Counted from the stretch's first letter, positions 20,330 through 30,620 are shown. The stretch: DNA of 64,000 nucleotides from Dehalococcoidia bacterium (GCA_965247605.1 CBDFHM010000011.1:327930-391929), one strand, 5' to 3'. Notes: generated by a model not told the origin, from the letters alone. Program-made: numbers and translations.

Positions 20330-20767
20330 ATGGCCACCATGCGTTTGGAAATTATTACCGCTGAGAGGCAGGTCTACGCCGACGACGTGGAGCTGGTTGT
20401 CGCCCCGGGTATGGAGGGGCAGTTGGGCATCCTGGCCCATCACGCCCCGCTGATGACTGCCTTGCAACCCGGTGAGATTCTGATTCGAAAAGAGGGCGTG
20501 GACAATTATCTGGCCGTCACCGGCGGGTTCATGGAGGTCATCGGGAATACCGTCACAATCCTGGCCGACGCCTGTGAGCGCTCCGAGGAGATCGACGAAG
20601 ACCGTGCGCAAGCGGCCGTGGACCGGGCTAGGGAGGAGCAGTCTCAACCGGGCGCCGGCCTTCAGTTGGAACGGGTGGCCGCGTCGTTGCGCCGGGCCGA
20701 GGTCCGCCTTAATGTGGCCCGTCGAAGACGCCCAAGGCCCGGGTTGGGAGCGGGGCCCGGAGGGTAA
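20330..20767 (+). CDS. atpC: F0F1 ATP synthase subunit epsilon
   Basis: MRLEIITAERQVYADDVELVVAPGMEGQLGILAHHAPLMTAL. It is the last gene of the operon. Confidence 0.9.
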   Translation: MATMRLEIITAERQVYADDVELVVAPGMEGQLGILAHHAPLMTALQPGEILIRKEGVDNYLAVTGGFMEVIGNTVTILADACERSEEIDEDRAQAAVDRAREEQSQPGAGLQLERVAASLRRAEVRLNVARRRRPRPGLGAGPGG

Positions 20768-20887
20768 GGTCCGGGCGGCGCCGCCTAGGTGCTTGGTCTC
20801 CGACCATGAACCGGGCGTTTTGCCCACGGGTTTCCCATGGCTAACCCGATGTGCGGGTTCATTAAGCATCTCCCAAAAAATAAGGTA

Positions 20888-20998
20888 CTGTCACCCCGAG
20901 TGAAGCGAGGGGTCTGGGGAGGTGGGGTTGCCGCTGGTGGAGGAGATGCCCCACTCCAGATGTTTCGCCGCTGCGGCTGGCTCAACATGACATTTTCG
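20888..20998. repeat. Two-armed palindromic element, copy B (empty; opposite orientation to the GIY-YIG-bearing copy)
   Basis: The left arm is CTGTCACCCCGAGTGAAGCGAGGGGTCTGGGGAGGTGGGG. The reverse complement of the right arm is CGAAAATGTCATGTTGAGCCAGCCGCAGCGGCGAAACATCTGGAGTGGGG, which matches 47 of the first 50 nt of the left arm of the 57355 element. The loop is 21 nt. Confidence 0.8.
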
Positions 20999-21259
20999 GC
21001 GGAATGTTCGCGATTGAGGAGCCTAGGGTCTGGCATCCGGCCACCGGAAACATGCGCACCAGGTTAGCTAGGAATGCCCCTTGCGAACGTCAATAAGAGT
21101 TGAAAATGGACCGTCAGGCCCCTCTCTCACCGGCAAAAGGGCTGCCCCGATACCATCGTGGAGTCGCCTTCCCTGCCACGGCGGCCAATTATACGGTAAG
21201 AGGACCACGGACGGTCCGGGCAGCGGCCGGGGTTGGAGGTGGCCGACGGGCTGGCGCGG

Positions 21260-21922
21260 CTATCGGATATCGGAGCCGCTCAGGTAATAAGTCATAGACT
21301 GGAGAGAGATGACGGGGTCAATGTTGCGTATCCTTACCCCTAACCGTACTTGGGGGGCGATGGGAGCGTAGTTCAGTATGGCCCGGACCCCACAAGCCGT
21401 AAGTAGATCCACGACTTCTTGGGTCTTCTCCGCGGGCACGGCGACGATGGCGATGCTGATGCGCTGGCTCTCTACCAGTTCCTTCAGTTGCTCCAAAGGG
21501 CTAACCGTAAGGTCGCCCACCGCTTCGCCGACCACGGCCGGATTGGCGTCGAAGGCGGCCACCAAACGAAATCCGTCGGGGGTGAATCCAGGATAGCTGA
21601 TGATAGCCCGGCCCAACCGGCCCACTCCGACCACGGCCACGTTCCAGTAGGTGTTCAAACCCAGGATTTCCCTTAGCCTTTCCAGCAAACTGTAGACGCT
21701 GTAGCCGCGGCCCTGCTTGCCGAACCGGCCAAAGTAGCTCAGGTCCTTGCGAATCTGGGCAGGGGTAACCTGGAGCTTTTCTCCCAGTTGCTGGGAGCTG
21801 ACCACGTCCACCTTGTCTTCCAGCAAGCGGCTGAGAATGCGTACATACTGGGGTAGCCGGGCAACGACCACCTCCGGCACCTCGGTCCGGCGGGGCAGTT
21901 GAGGTGGAGAGCTAGATGCCAT
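21260..21922 (-). CDS. rex: Redox-sensing transcriptional repressor Rex
   Basis: ...RLPQYVRILSRLLEDKVDVVSSQQLGEKLQVTPAQIRKDLSYFGRFGKQGRGYSV... followed by a Rossmann GVGRLG segment. Confidence 0.9.
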   Translation of the reverse strand: MASSSPPQLPRRTEVPEVVVARLPQYVRILSRLLEDKVDVVSSQQLGEKLQVTPAQIRKDLSYFGRFGKQGRGYSVYSLLERLREILGLNTYWNVAVVGVGRLGRAIISYPGFTPDGFRLVAAFDANPAVVGEAVGDLTVSPLEQLKELVESQRISIAIVAVPAEKTQEVVDLLTACGVRAILNYAPIAPQVRLGVRIRNIDPVISLQSMTYYLSGSDIR

Positions 21923-22137
21923 TCCAGTTAGGCTCCTTCACCCCTGGCCGTGGGGTGAGGTATACCGGAGAAGGACTGCGAAGCTCGGACAGGTCTAACC
22001 TAAGAAATCAACTCTAGCCATGCGGATGACACGGTTTATAATCTATAATGGCCTTTGATATCCCGTCAAGGACTTTGTGAAAATTAGTGCGAGTTTGCCG
22101 CCATAGCCCCTGTGGGCGTGATTTCGGGAGGTAGGCA

Positions 22138-22431
22138 TTGACCATCGGGTTCTGTCGCCTGGAGCTATACCTGCCGGCGGCTGCCAGCCTGAAAGATAGG
22201 AGGCAGGTGGCCCGCTCCATGACCGCGCGGATACGTAATAAATTCAATGTCGCAGTCTCGGAGTTGGGCGATGATCGTCAGTGGCGGTATCTGACTATTG
22301 GCATATGCTCTTTGAGTAACGATTCAAGCCACGCCAACCAGATGCTGTCGCGCGTAGTCTCCTACGTTGAAGAGAGCCGGGATGACTTCGAACTGTTAGA
22401 CTACTCAACGGAAATGATAGCCGGAATGTAG
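22138..22431 (+). CDS. DUF503 (YlxP-like) family protein
   Basis: CRLELYLPAAASLKDRRQVARSMTARIRNKFNVAVSELGDD.. matches the DUF503 pattern. TTG start with GGGAGG 6 nt upstream. Confidence 0.7.
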   Translation: MTIGFCRLELYLPAAASLKDRRQVARSMTARIRNKFNVAVSELGDDRQWRYLTIGICSLSNDSSHANQMLSRVVSYVEESRDDFELLDYSTEMIAGM

Positions 22432-22508
22432 TAGTCAGAGCATTGCAAGTGGCGGTGGCCCGAGAAACTAGTCACGGGAAAGCTTGATCAGGAAAGGAGA
22501 GAAGATCG

Positions 22509-22703
22509 TTGAGCTACGCAGAAATGGATACGATAGAATCCGGCTTGCGCTTCAAGACCCAGGGAGAGCTGGTGGTCGAGACCACGGGGGTCACTCAGCA
22601 CATCGAGTCCACCAACGTGCACGTCCACGAGGTAGTCATCGTTGAGGGCGATTTCCAGGGTAACAAGTACCTGCACAATCTGGACTACGCAGAGGCACTC
22701 TAG
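22509..22703 (+). CDS. Hypothetical protein (64 aa)
   Basis: TTG start with a GGAAAGGAGAG tract upstream. No recognisable family. Confidence 0.35.
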   Translation: MSYAEMDTIESGLRFKTQGELVVETTGVTQHIESTNVHVHEVVIVEGDFQGNKYLHNLDYAEAL

Positions 22704-22898
22704 TCCTGCTCGTCTCCCATCCAATGTCAAGAAACCTGCATCCGCCCTTTGGGCGCCGGGAAGGGAGATGTTCTCGAGAATCTGGGGCCATGTCGAATTA
22801 AATTAGCCTCATCCGGTGTGACTCGAGAGCCGTGGCGGCACGAGCCACGCGGGACTCCGAGGGCCGGTTGGGGCCTGGGATTACACAGTGGGTACGGG

Positions 22899-23153
22899 TT
22901 AGGCTGGTTGTCCTATACGCTCGTTGATAGCCTTCATCATGTCCTGCAGGTCAGGGAAGAGGTGCGCTTCGGGTGTATGGCGGTGTTCGGCCACAAGCTT
23001 GCCGTCAATAATCACGTCAAACTTTCCATGAGGACCGGGAGTGAGCTTGAAGTTGTCTATATGCTCGCCGGCCCGGGTCAATGCTTCTCCTGCCATCCAG
23101 GCAGCCCGCGGGGCGTGCCCTCAATCCTGGCAGTAGAGTATCTCCAAAGTCAT
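22899..23153 (-). CDS. SelW/Rdx-family selenoprotein (C-x-x-U; in-frame UGA at 23123-23121)
   Basis: The track ORF starts at Met 23096. The same frame upstream reads ATG(23153) MTLEILYCQD-TGA-GHAPRAAWMAGEALTRAGEHIDNFKLTPGPHGKFDVIIDGKLVAEHRH..FPDLQDMMKAINERI. This is the Rdx-fold pattern (YCxxU...AAW...PG.GG.F.V..dG.l). GC-rich hairpins lie directly 3' of the UGA, for example CUGCC-UGGAU-GGCAG at 23104-23090. Confidence 0.8.
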
Positions 23154-23260
23154 TTTTTTCGCGCTGGCCAAGGTGCACCTCCGGCGATAGAAATTTGTAA
23201 CAGCATGATATGGTGGGGTCTAAATTAAGTCAAACACCCAGGCCATTTGGGTCACCTTAC

Positions 23261-24208
23261 TCACCGTGTCCCTGGACCCGGGTCTTGCTCTCCCAGCCCT
23301 GCGGTGAATTCGGCAAGGGCATCCCAGTAGGCAGCCCCGCCAGTGGAGTAGGTATCATTGTGACCTGCTCCAGCCAGCAGCCGGAACTGTTTGGGAGAAT
23401 TGGCCGCCTCGAATAGCTTTCTACCCTGAGACACGGGCACAATTTCGTCCCGTTCACCGTGGAGGATAAGGAGAGGCCGCTCAACCCGCCCGATGCTTGC
23501 CAGGGAGTCGTACCTATTCCGTACCAGCCATTGCACCGGCCAGCGCACCGGTAGGAATGAGGGTATGGTCAATAGGGCCATATCGCTGACGGAGGCGAAG
23601 GGCGAGACCAGAACCATCGCCAGGGGCGGCCGGGAAGAGGCCAGCTCCACAGCTATGGCAGACCCCAAGGACCGGCCAAAGTAGACAATTCTGTCCGACT
23701 CAACGTCGGGCCGTGCGCGCAGGTATTCCAAGGCGGCGCGGGCGTCCCGGTAAGTTCCCTGCTCGGTTGGCCTTCCCTGGCTCCTACCGTAGCCCTGGTA
23801 ATCGAAGATAAACTGGTTGACTCCCAGCCGGTGGTGAACCAGCGCCACCTCGTCCACTCGATGGCTTATGTTTCCCCCGTTGCCGTGGAACCAGAGCCAG
23901 GTCAGGTCCGTCTCGCCAGGCACGTACCATCCGTGCAACTGGGTACCGTCTTCGTTGTGGAAGATCACCTCTTCGTATTGCAGACCCAACTGGGCGGGCG
24001 TATAGGCAATGTCCTTGGTGGGGAAGAACAAGTACCGTTTCTCGATTTGCGTCCAAATTATCGCTGCCATCACCGCCAGACCCAAGACAATTCCAAGGAC
24101 AATTGCCGCCCCCAGTCGTCCCAATTGGCGCAACACACCGTTTCTGGACCAATCGCCGATTGCCCAACCCAGAGATGGCCGGGGCATTGCCCAAAGCTTC
24201 ACCGGCAT
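23261..24208 (-). CDS. Alpha/beta hydrolase, N-terminal membrane anchor
   Basis: HGNGGNISHRV, GYGRSQG and GRSLGSAIAVELA (nucleophile elbow) motifs. The start could instead be an internal Met. Confidence 0.75.
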   Translation of the reverse strand: MPVKLWAMPRPSLGWAIGDWSRNGVLRQLGRLGAAIVLGIVLGLAVMAAIIWTQIEKRYLFFPTKDIAYTPAQLGLQYEEVIFHNEDGTQLHGWYVPGETDLTWLWFHGNGGNISHRVDEVALVHHRLGVNQFIFDYQGYGRSQGRPTEQGTYRDARAALEYLRARPDVESDRIVYFGRSLGSAIAVELASSRPPLAMVLVSPFASVSDMALLTIPSFLPVRWPVQWLVRNRYDSLASIGRVERPLLILHGERDEIVPVSQGRKLFEAANSPKQFRLLAGAGHNDTYSTGGAAYWDALAEFTAGLGEQDPGPGTR

Positions 24209-24418
24209 ATCCCCATGACCGGATTCAGGAGCGTCGTGAACGGCAGGCTCAAATCAATCATGGTAGCCCCGGTGTGACAATTGAAAGGCTGTGGTTCCCT
24301 AATAATACGTGTCCGGGTCACCAGCCCAATAAGGGGACTTGACCCGCCACCACTGGCACAACCTCAACACGGTTTAGTGGGGCGATCCGGGCAGTGGCCC
24401 TCGTTCGTCTCGGTGGGG

Positions 24419-24655
24419 CTAAGGCCTGGGGCGCAACTCCGCCGGGCGGCTTTTAGGGTAGGTTTCAATCTCCTGCGTTATGGAGGCCAGACGGCCGGCG
24501 ATGTCCCGCACTTCCGAGGTGTAGGCCTCGCACGTGGTGCACCAAATCTGCTCTTTGGAAGAGAGCATCATGTTGTCTTTCTTGACCGTGAAGGTCCCGA
24601 TCTCGCCGTGGCACCGGCCACAGATCTGGACAATCGTCACTTCTTCGCCCGGCAT
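24419..24655 (-). CDS. Small zinc-ribbon protein (78 aa)
   Basis: MPGEEVTIVQICGRCHGEIG...IWCTTCEAYT has two CxxC pairs. AAGAGG lies 9 nt upstream of ATG 24655. It follows directly after the CCG-domain gene. It is the C-terminal part of the longer track ORF 24419-24943. Confidence 0.45.
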   Translation of the reverse strand: MPGEEVTIVQICGRCHGEIGTFTVKKDNMMLSSKEQIWCTTCEAYTSEVRDIAGRLASITQEIETYPKSRPAELRPRP

Positions 24656-24699
24656 GGATATCTGCCTCTTATGGTGATGGCCGCTATAGCAGCAGCCTG

Positions 24700-26728
24700 T
24701 TAGTCCTCCAGGCTTTCCGCCAGAATTTCCAGTACATCCCGGGACTGCTTCTCCCCTTCCATCCCCTTGGACTGAATGCCCTCGGTGAGCATTTGCAAGC
24801 AGAAGGGGCAGGAAACCCCCACCGTGTCCGCCTGGGTCTCCAGGAAATGGCCGGTGCGAACGTGATTGATCCGCTCGCCTTGGCTTTCCTCGATCCACAT
24901 ATGGCCACCGCCGGCGCCACAGCAGAATCCGCGCTCCCGGCACCTGTTTCCCATCTCGACCAGCTCCAGCCCCGGAATTGCTCTGGCGATGTCTCGGGGT
25001 TGGTCGTAGATGCCGTTGTGGCGGCCCAAGAAGCAGGAATCATGATAAGCCATCGTGGTATTGACCATCTTGATAGGCTTCACCCGCCCTTGTTTGATCA
25101 GCTCATCGATGAACTGGCTGTAGTGGAGCACCTCGTAATTCCCGCCAAATTGGGGGTACTCGTTGCGCATTGTGTTGAAGCAGTGGGGGCAAATGGTGAC
25201 GATCTTTTTAACGTTGTACCGGTCCAGTGTTTCTATGTTCTGCTGGGCCAGGACTTGGTAAAGATACTCGTTGCCCATTCGCCGGGCCGGGTCGCCTGTG
25301 CACGTCTCCTCATCTCCCAGGATGGCGAAGTCGACTCCGGCTGACTTCAAGACCTTGACCATAGACCTGGCCACTCCCTGGCTACGCTGCTCCAACGCCC
25401 CGGTGCAACCCACCCAAAAGAGGATTTCCGCGTCGGGCTTTTCCGCCAGCGTGGGGACCTCCAACCCTTCGGCCCAATCGGTGCGGGAATACTGGGTGCC
25501 TCGCCAGGGATGGCCCCGTTGTTCTAGGCTCAGCAAGGCGTTCATACCCGTTTCCGGTATCTTGGACTCCTCCAACACTAGAAAACGGCGCATGTCCATG
25601 ATGGTGGGGACGTGCTCCACCACCACGGGACACTCCTCCATGCAGGCCCCACATGACACGCAGTCCCAGATGGCCTGCTCGGCAATTGCATTACCCAGGA
25701 TGGGCGCCGGCTCCACGTGCTCCGGGTTTCGCGCCCCCTGGTGACCGATGGCCACCATGTGATCTTTCAGGTTCTCCACAATGTGCATCGGCGACAGGAC
25801 TTTCCCGGTAAGGTTGGCCGGGCAGACATCGGAGCAGCGGCCGCACACGGCGCAGGCGTAGCCGTCCAAAAGCTGTTTCCACGTGAAGTCCTGCACCCGG
25901 GCCGGCGCCGAATTTTTCGGTGTTTTCCAGGTCTATGGGGGCCAAAGCGCCGCGGGGCTCCAGTGATCGAAAGAAGGCGTTCATGGGCGAGGCAACCATG
26001 TGCATGTGCTTGGAGAAGGGGATGTAGATGGCGAATCCCAGGATTATCCCCAAGTGCGTCCACCAGAATATGCCCTGCAGTGTGTTGGCCGCGCCCGTGC
26101 CTATACCCAGGTCCGTAAACCAGTCGCCCAGGGCGCCGCCTATGAGAACTTCGGATTCGGGCCCATGGCCCCCCTGGGCCACATAGAAGGAGTGGGTGAG
26201 TATAGTTGACAGCATGAGCCCGGCGATCAAGCCAACCACGATCACCGAGTCCAGGTTACGGGTCAGGTCAAAGCTCAGCCGGCGTGGCCTGACCACCCAT
26301 CGCCGCACCAATGCCCAGGCCAGCATCAGCAATAACACAGCCGCCGCAATTTCGAGGTAGCTGCTGTAGACGCGGACTCCGGTGCCGGTCAGAAGCTTCT
26401 CCGGGAAGGCCCGCCAGATGGAGCCGCCGAAGATGAAGATAACGTAGCTGAGGAGAAGGAGAGGAACCCCCAGAATATTATGCGTGGCCCAATCCCGCCC
26501 AGTCCCCGGACCGCACCCTCTGAAGCACCCGGCTCTGGCCCAAGACAATGACCAAGGCCCCATTGAGCCGCACAAGCGGGCGGTCAAACTGGCCACCTCT
26601 TTGCCCTGTCGAATCAGGCGCAGTACCCGGTTGTAGAACACATAGCCGGACACCGCGCTGACCAGAACCAGTGCCAGGTACACGCCCACCCAGATGGGCA
26701 GTGATCCTATGTCTCCCGGAGGAACCAT
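24700..26728 (-). pseudogene. Membrane-anchored Fe-S oxidoreductase (HdrD/DsrK-like: 2x[4Fe-4S] plus 2 CCG domains fused to a multi-TM domain), interrupted by at least 4 frameshifts
   Basis: The C-terminal frame (24700-25896) has CAVCGRCSDVCPA, CVSCGACMEECP and two CCG-type Cys motifs. The membrane part (to 26728) switches frame around 25896-25901 (...ENTEKFGAG | RVQDFTWKQLLD). It also switches frame three times within 26455-26600, where the sensible reading QFDRPLVRLNGALVIVLGQSRVLQRVRSGDWAGLGHA / IIFWGF / LLLLSYVIFIFGG lies in three different frames. Confidence 0.75.
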
Positions 26729-27060
26729 GAACTTTAAGTACTCCTTTAGGTCTAGAGCAAAGACCGTACCGGCTTCGCAGTAACTCTGGGTACCTTTCTG
26801 CTACCTAAAAGACCAACGATTGAGAATCAATCTTGGCCGGACCCTAGTGTATCACGGTCTCGTCCGGTCACGGACACGATCCGAAGGCCATGGCTGGAGG
26901 TCCCAGTTAGATGCGTCTTTCACCATATACTCCGCGCCCGCTCTAGCCCAGTAATCAATATCCCGCTCGGTACTATCGGAGCATCCCAAAGCATGGTGAG
27001 GGCCGGAGATGCTTATAGAGGCCCAAGGCGGGTGAGTGGGCAGATTCACCTAAATTCGGC

Positions 27061-27193
27061 CGAAAATGTCATGTTGAGCCAGTCTGCCTGTGGCGGACGA
27101 AATATCAGGGGCGGGGCGCCTCATCCGCGCCGGTCTGCCCCTCCTCCCCATCCTACCGCGGAAGGACTCGCTTCACTCGTGGTGACAGAATCG
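27061..27193. repeat. Two-armed palindromic element, copy C (empty, diverged)
   Basis: Left arm CGAAAATGTCATGTTGAGCCAGTCTGCCTGTGGCGGACGAAATATCAGGGGCGGGG, a 21-nt loop, and right arm CCCCTCCTCCCCATCCTACCGCGGAAGGACTCGCTTCACTCGTGGTGACAGAATCG. Confidence 0.7.
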
Positions 27194-27231
27194 TTGTAGC
27201 TGGGGCATGCTACTAAATTGCGCACAATGCG

Positions 27232-28242
27232 TTAGATACCTTTCACATGGGGTATCACCTCCCGCCCCATGACCTCGATCTGGTGCAGTGGGCGCTCCTG
27301 GTCCATACCCGGCCATTGCATCCGGAAAATGAGGTAGTTGACGCCCAGTTCATCGCCGTATCGTCGTATCTCCTGCACCACCTGAGCGGGGGAGCCCAAG
27401 AGAAACCGGTCCTTGGCCAGTTCCGGGAATGGCATGGTGAAGTTCTCCTCGCCCGGCATGACCTTATCCTGGCCCCATGAGGCGTAGGCCGCATACTTTC
27501 CCTCCAGGTACGGTTGGGATTCTAGATAGGCCGTTTCCTGGTCCTGGGCCAGGTAAAGCTCGCGCATCATGGGTAGAACCTCGGGGATTGGTTGACCCGC
27601 CCGGTCCAACTCGGTGCGGTACAGGGCAAGTTGTTTCGCCAGCGCCGGGACCGTGGAATGGGGGTTCACCAACCAGGGATAGCCCCACCGGGCCGCCCGC
27701 CGAATGGCTGAATCGCCATTGGCCGCCACCCAGATGGGTGGGTGTGGCTTCTGGACCGGCCGGGTGGAGGGCTTCACCTTGGGCACCTGGTAGTATTGCC
27801 CGTGGTGCTCCACCTCTTCTTCGGTCCAGAGTCTTTTCATAACATCAAGCGCCTCCCTCAGCCGGCCTACCCGCTGGCTGCGCTCCGAACCGAAGGCGGT
27901 ATACTCTTCATCCCGGTAGCCCAGGCCAACGCCGAACACAAACTTGCCGCCGCAAATGGCGTCCATGGTGGCGACGCTTTCGGCCAGGTCCACCGGATTG
28001 TGCAGGGGTACCAGAATCACCGTTGAGGCCACTTCCATGTCACCCGACTCGGCGGACAGCCGGGCCAGCAATGGGAAATTTGCGCTCATCTGGTAGGGCG
28101 CGGACAGGTAATGCTGGCCCGCACAGATCAGGTCGAAACCGGCCCGGCGCGCCGCGCGAACCTGCTCCACGCTTTCTTGTATCTTAAGGGGCATCGACTC
28201 CCCAGGCAGGTATTGAGCGTTGATGAAGAGTCCCAGTTTCAT
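27232..28242 (-). CDS. Luciferase-like (LLM class) flavin/F420-dependent oxidoreductase
   Basis: 336-aa intact ORF with typical LLM TIM-barrel motifs (..GFDLICAGQHY.., ..PHPPIWVAANGDSAIRRAARWG..). Confidence 0.8.
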   Translation of the reverse strand: MKLGLFINAQYLPGESMPLKIQESVEQVRAARRAGFDLICAGQHYLSAPYQMSANFPLLARLSAESGDMEVASTVILVPLHNPVDLAESVATMDAICGGKFVFGVGLGYRDEEYTAFGSERSQRVGRLREALDVMKRLWTEEEVEHHGQYYQVPKVKPSTRPVQKPHPPIWVAANGDSAIRRAARWGYPWLVNPHSTVPALAKQLALYRTELDRAGQPIPEVLPMMRELYLAQDQETAYLESQPYLEGKYAAYASWGQDKVMPGEENFTMPFPELAKDRFLLGSPAQVVQEIRRYGDELGVNYLIFRMQWPGMDQERPLHQIEVMGREVIPHVKGI

Positions 28243-28439
28243 GGCCGCTCCTTTGTTGATTCGGACTGGGGGTTCAGGCCGCTCCCCCTAAATAGGGTCT
28301 TCCGTGAAGGTTCCAGTTCAGTATTCAAGTCGCCGGGCAATCGGTTTTACAATTCAGGAATTTCCCTTGCCACAGATGTATGGAAAGGTTACAATCCCTC
28401 AGTCCTGAATCCCAACCACCTTCTAGAGGGAAGATCGGC

Positions 28440-29241
28440 ATGAAAATCGCGCGGTTTCGAGCCGGTAGAAGGGTGGCCTTCGGAGTGGTAAGGGACGACG
28501 AAATTACCGAAATCAGGGGCAGCATCTTTACCCGGTTCAGGCTCACCGATAACCGGCTTCCGCTGTCCGAAGTGACTCTACTGCCCCCCCACCGAACCCT
28601 CGGGGATTTGGGGGCCGGGGCTGAATTCCGCCAACCATTCGGCCCCAGGCGCACTAAGTGGGGAAGACCCGGGAAAGAACGGGCCCCGGCGCCCCGAACC
28701 CTGGCACAAGGGAAGGAACTCATTGACCGGCCACGGGGACCCAATCATCATTCCCAGGGATTCGGTTGGGGAGGTTCATTGCCTGGGGGAGGCCGTGGCC
28801 GTCATCGGCAGGAATTGCCGCCGAGTCTCGCCCGCCGATGCCCGCCGGTATATCTTGGGCTATGCCTGTGGCAACGATGTCTGCGATCAGACTTGGCAGA
28901 AGGATGATACCACCATGTGGAGGGCCAAGGGTTCTGACACCTTTGCCCCGGTGGGTCCCTGGATCGAGACGGACATCAATCCTCAGGAGCTGGACTTAAT
29001 CGTTCGCCTGAATGGCGAGGAAGTCCAGCGGGTGAGCACTCGGGATATGTATTTCACCTTCGCGGAGATCGTTAGTTGCATGAGCCAACAGGTGACCCTG
29101 CGCCCCGGCGACCTGGTATTTTCCGGGACGAGCGCCGTCACCAGCGCCATAAAGCCGGGGGATTTGGTGGAGGTGGAGATACCGGGAATTGGCGTGCTGA
29201 ATAATCCGGTCGCCGCCGAGTACGACGCTTCGGCCCCATAG
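28440..29241 (+). pseudogene. Fumarylacetoacetate hydrolase (FAH) family protein, frameshifted at a C7 run
   Basis: MKIARFRAGRRVAFGVVRDDEITEI...LLPP sits in frame 0 up to the C-run at 28584-28590. The text continues as PPTEPSGIWGPGLNSANH...NSLTGHGDPIIIPRDSVGEVHCLGEAVAVIG... in frame +1. Removing one C restores a single 266-aa ORF. Confidence 0.8.
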
Positions 29242-29243
29242 GG

Positions 29244-30512
29244 CTAGAAACGGAGCAGTTTGCGGAAAAGCTTGTCGCTGCGGTGAGGACCCACCACGGC
29301 CAGACGTAGCTTATCGGGATCGAACAGGCGCCGGCCGACCCGCGCGGTATCCTCCGGCGTGACGGCGTCTATTTCTTGAACCACATCATCCGGGGTAGCC
29401 ACATGGCCCTGCAGTAGCTCTTGGACCCCCAGCCAGCCGGCAACTGCCCTGGTGTCCTCCATTCGCAGAAGCATACGCCCCTTGGCATACTCCTTGGCCT
29501 TGGCAATTTCCTGCGGCGGTGGTTCCTCGTGCATGTTCCTAAACTCGCCTACCACTGCTTTGATCGCCGCCCGGCTTTTCTTCGGCTCGACCCCGCAGTA
29601 GACCACCAGAGACCCACAGTCGCGGAAATTGGAGGAGGAGCTGCCGACATCATAAGCCAGGCTCTGCTGCTCCCGCAGATTCTGGAACAACCTGCTGCTC
29701 ATTCCATCCCCGAGGATAATGTTTAGAATGGCCAAGTTGTAGCGGTCCGGGTCCTCAAGTGAGAGTCCCGGCAAGGCTATGCATACGTGTGACTGGTCCG
29801 TCCTCCGCTGCTCCACCCGGACCACCGGCTCAGGATCGCCGCCGGTTGCCGGTTCCCAGGCCAGGGAGGTACGCGGTTGCCAATTGTGGGTCGCTTCACC
29901 CACCAGGTCGACTACCTGCTGGTGGGTGATGTTGCCGGCCACCGCGACCACGGTGTTGGCCGGGTTGTACTGCTGCTCCATATACTCCCGGATGCTTTCC
30001 TGGGAGATTTGGCTTACCGAGTCGGGCGTGCCACCCACGTCCCTCCCCATCGCCTGGTCCGGCCACAATGCCTCGTCGATGAGCAAGTCCGCCCTGTAGC
30101 TAGGGTGGTCGTAGGTCATGCGTAGCTCTTCTTGTATGACCTCCCGCTCCTTCTCAACCTCCACGGAGTCCAACAGGGGATTCAGGATCATATCCAAGAG
30201 CACGGAGAAGGCCGTTTCGAAATGAGGCTGGGCAACCTTGCACCAGAATGAGGTCATCTCCCGGTCAGTGCTGGCGTTCATCACGCCACCCACTCCTTCG
30301 ATGGCCTCACTAACCTCCTGGGCGGTGGGCCAGTGCTTGGTTCCCTTGAAGGGCAGGTGCTCGATGAAGTGGGAGATGCCGGCCAGCTCGGGCACTTCGT
30401 ATCTCGAGCCCGCGCCCACACAAATCGTGATGGCCACAGACCTAGTGTGCTCCATGGTTGAGGTCAAGACCCGAAGCTGGTTGTCCAAGACGGAACGTTG
30501 GTACATTTTCAA
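29244..30512 (-). CDS. M16 (pitrilysin/insulinase) family zinc peptidase
   Basis: HFIEHLPFKGT (HxxEH inverted zincin motif). 422 aa. Confidence 0.85.
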   Translation of the reverse strand: MKMYQRSVLDNQLRVLTSTMEHTRSVAITICVGAGSRYEVPELAGISHFIEHLPFKGTKHWPTAQEVSEAIEGVGGVMNASTDREMTSFWCKVAQPHFETAFSVLLDMILNPLLDSVEVEKEREVIQEELRMTYDHPSYRADLLIDEALWPDQAMGRDVGGTPDSVSQISQESIREYMEQQYNPANTVVAVAGNITHQQVVDLVGEATHNWQPRTSLAWEPATGGDPEPVVRVEQRRTDQSHVCIALPGLSLEDPDRYNLAILNIILGDGMSSRLFQNLREQQSLAYDVGSSSSNFRDCGSLVVYCGVEPKKSRAAIKAVVGEFRNMHEEPPPQEIAKAKEYAKGRMLLRMEDTRAVAGWLGVQELLQGHVATPDDVVQEIDAVTPEDTARVGRRLFDPDKLRLAVVGPHRSDKLFRKLLRF

Positions 30513-30620
30513 CTCACCGATTCATTTCACCAAAAAGGTTGCTCGCCAAGAATCATTCAACTGACGTGTCAGAGGAGCTACGGATGCGTCCGCCATACCC
30601 GTGGCGCCGCTGAGAGGAAC

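Noticed and set aside
22072-22092. A possible Rex operator: TTTGTGAAAATTAGTGCGAG in the rex/DUF503 divergent region.
   Set aside because: Only the left half (TTGTGAA) matches the TTGTGAA-N-TTCACAA palindrome. The right half is essentially unmatched. No other TGTGAA/TTCACA pair was seen upstream of the atp, hppA or hdr-like genes.
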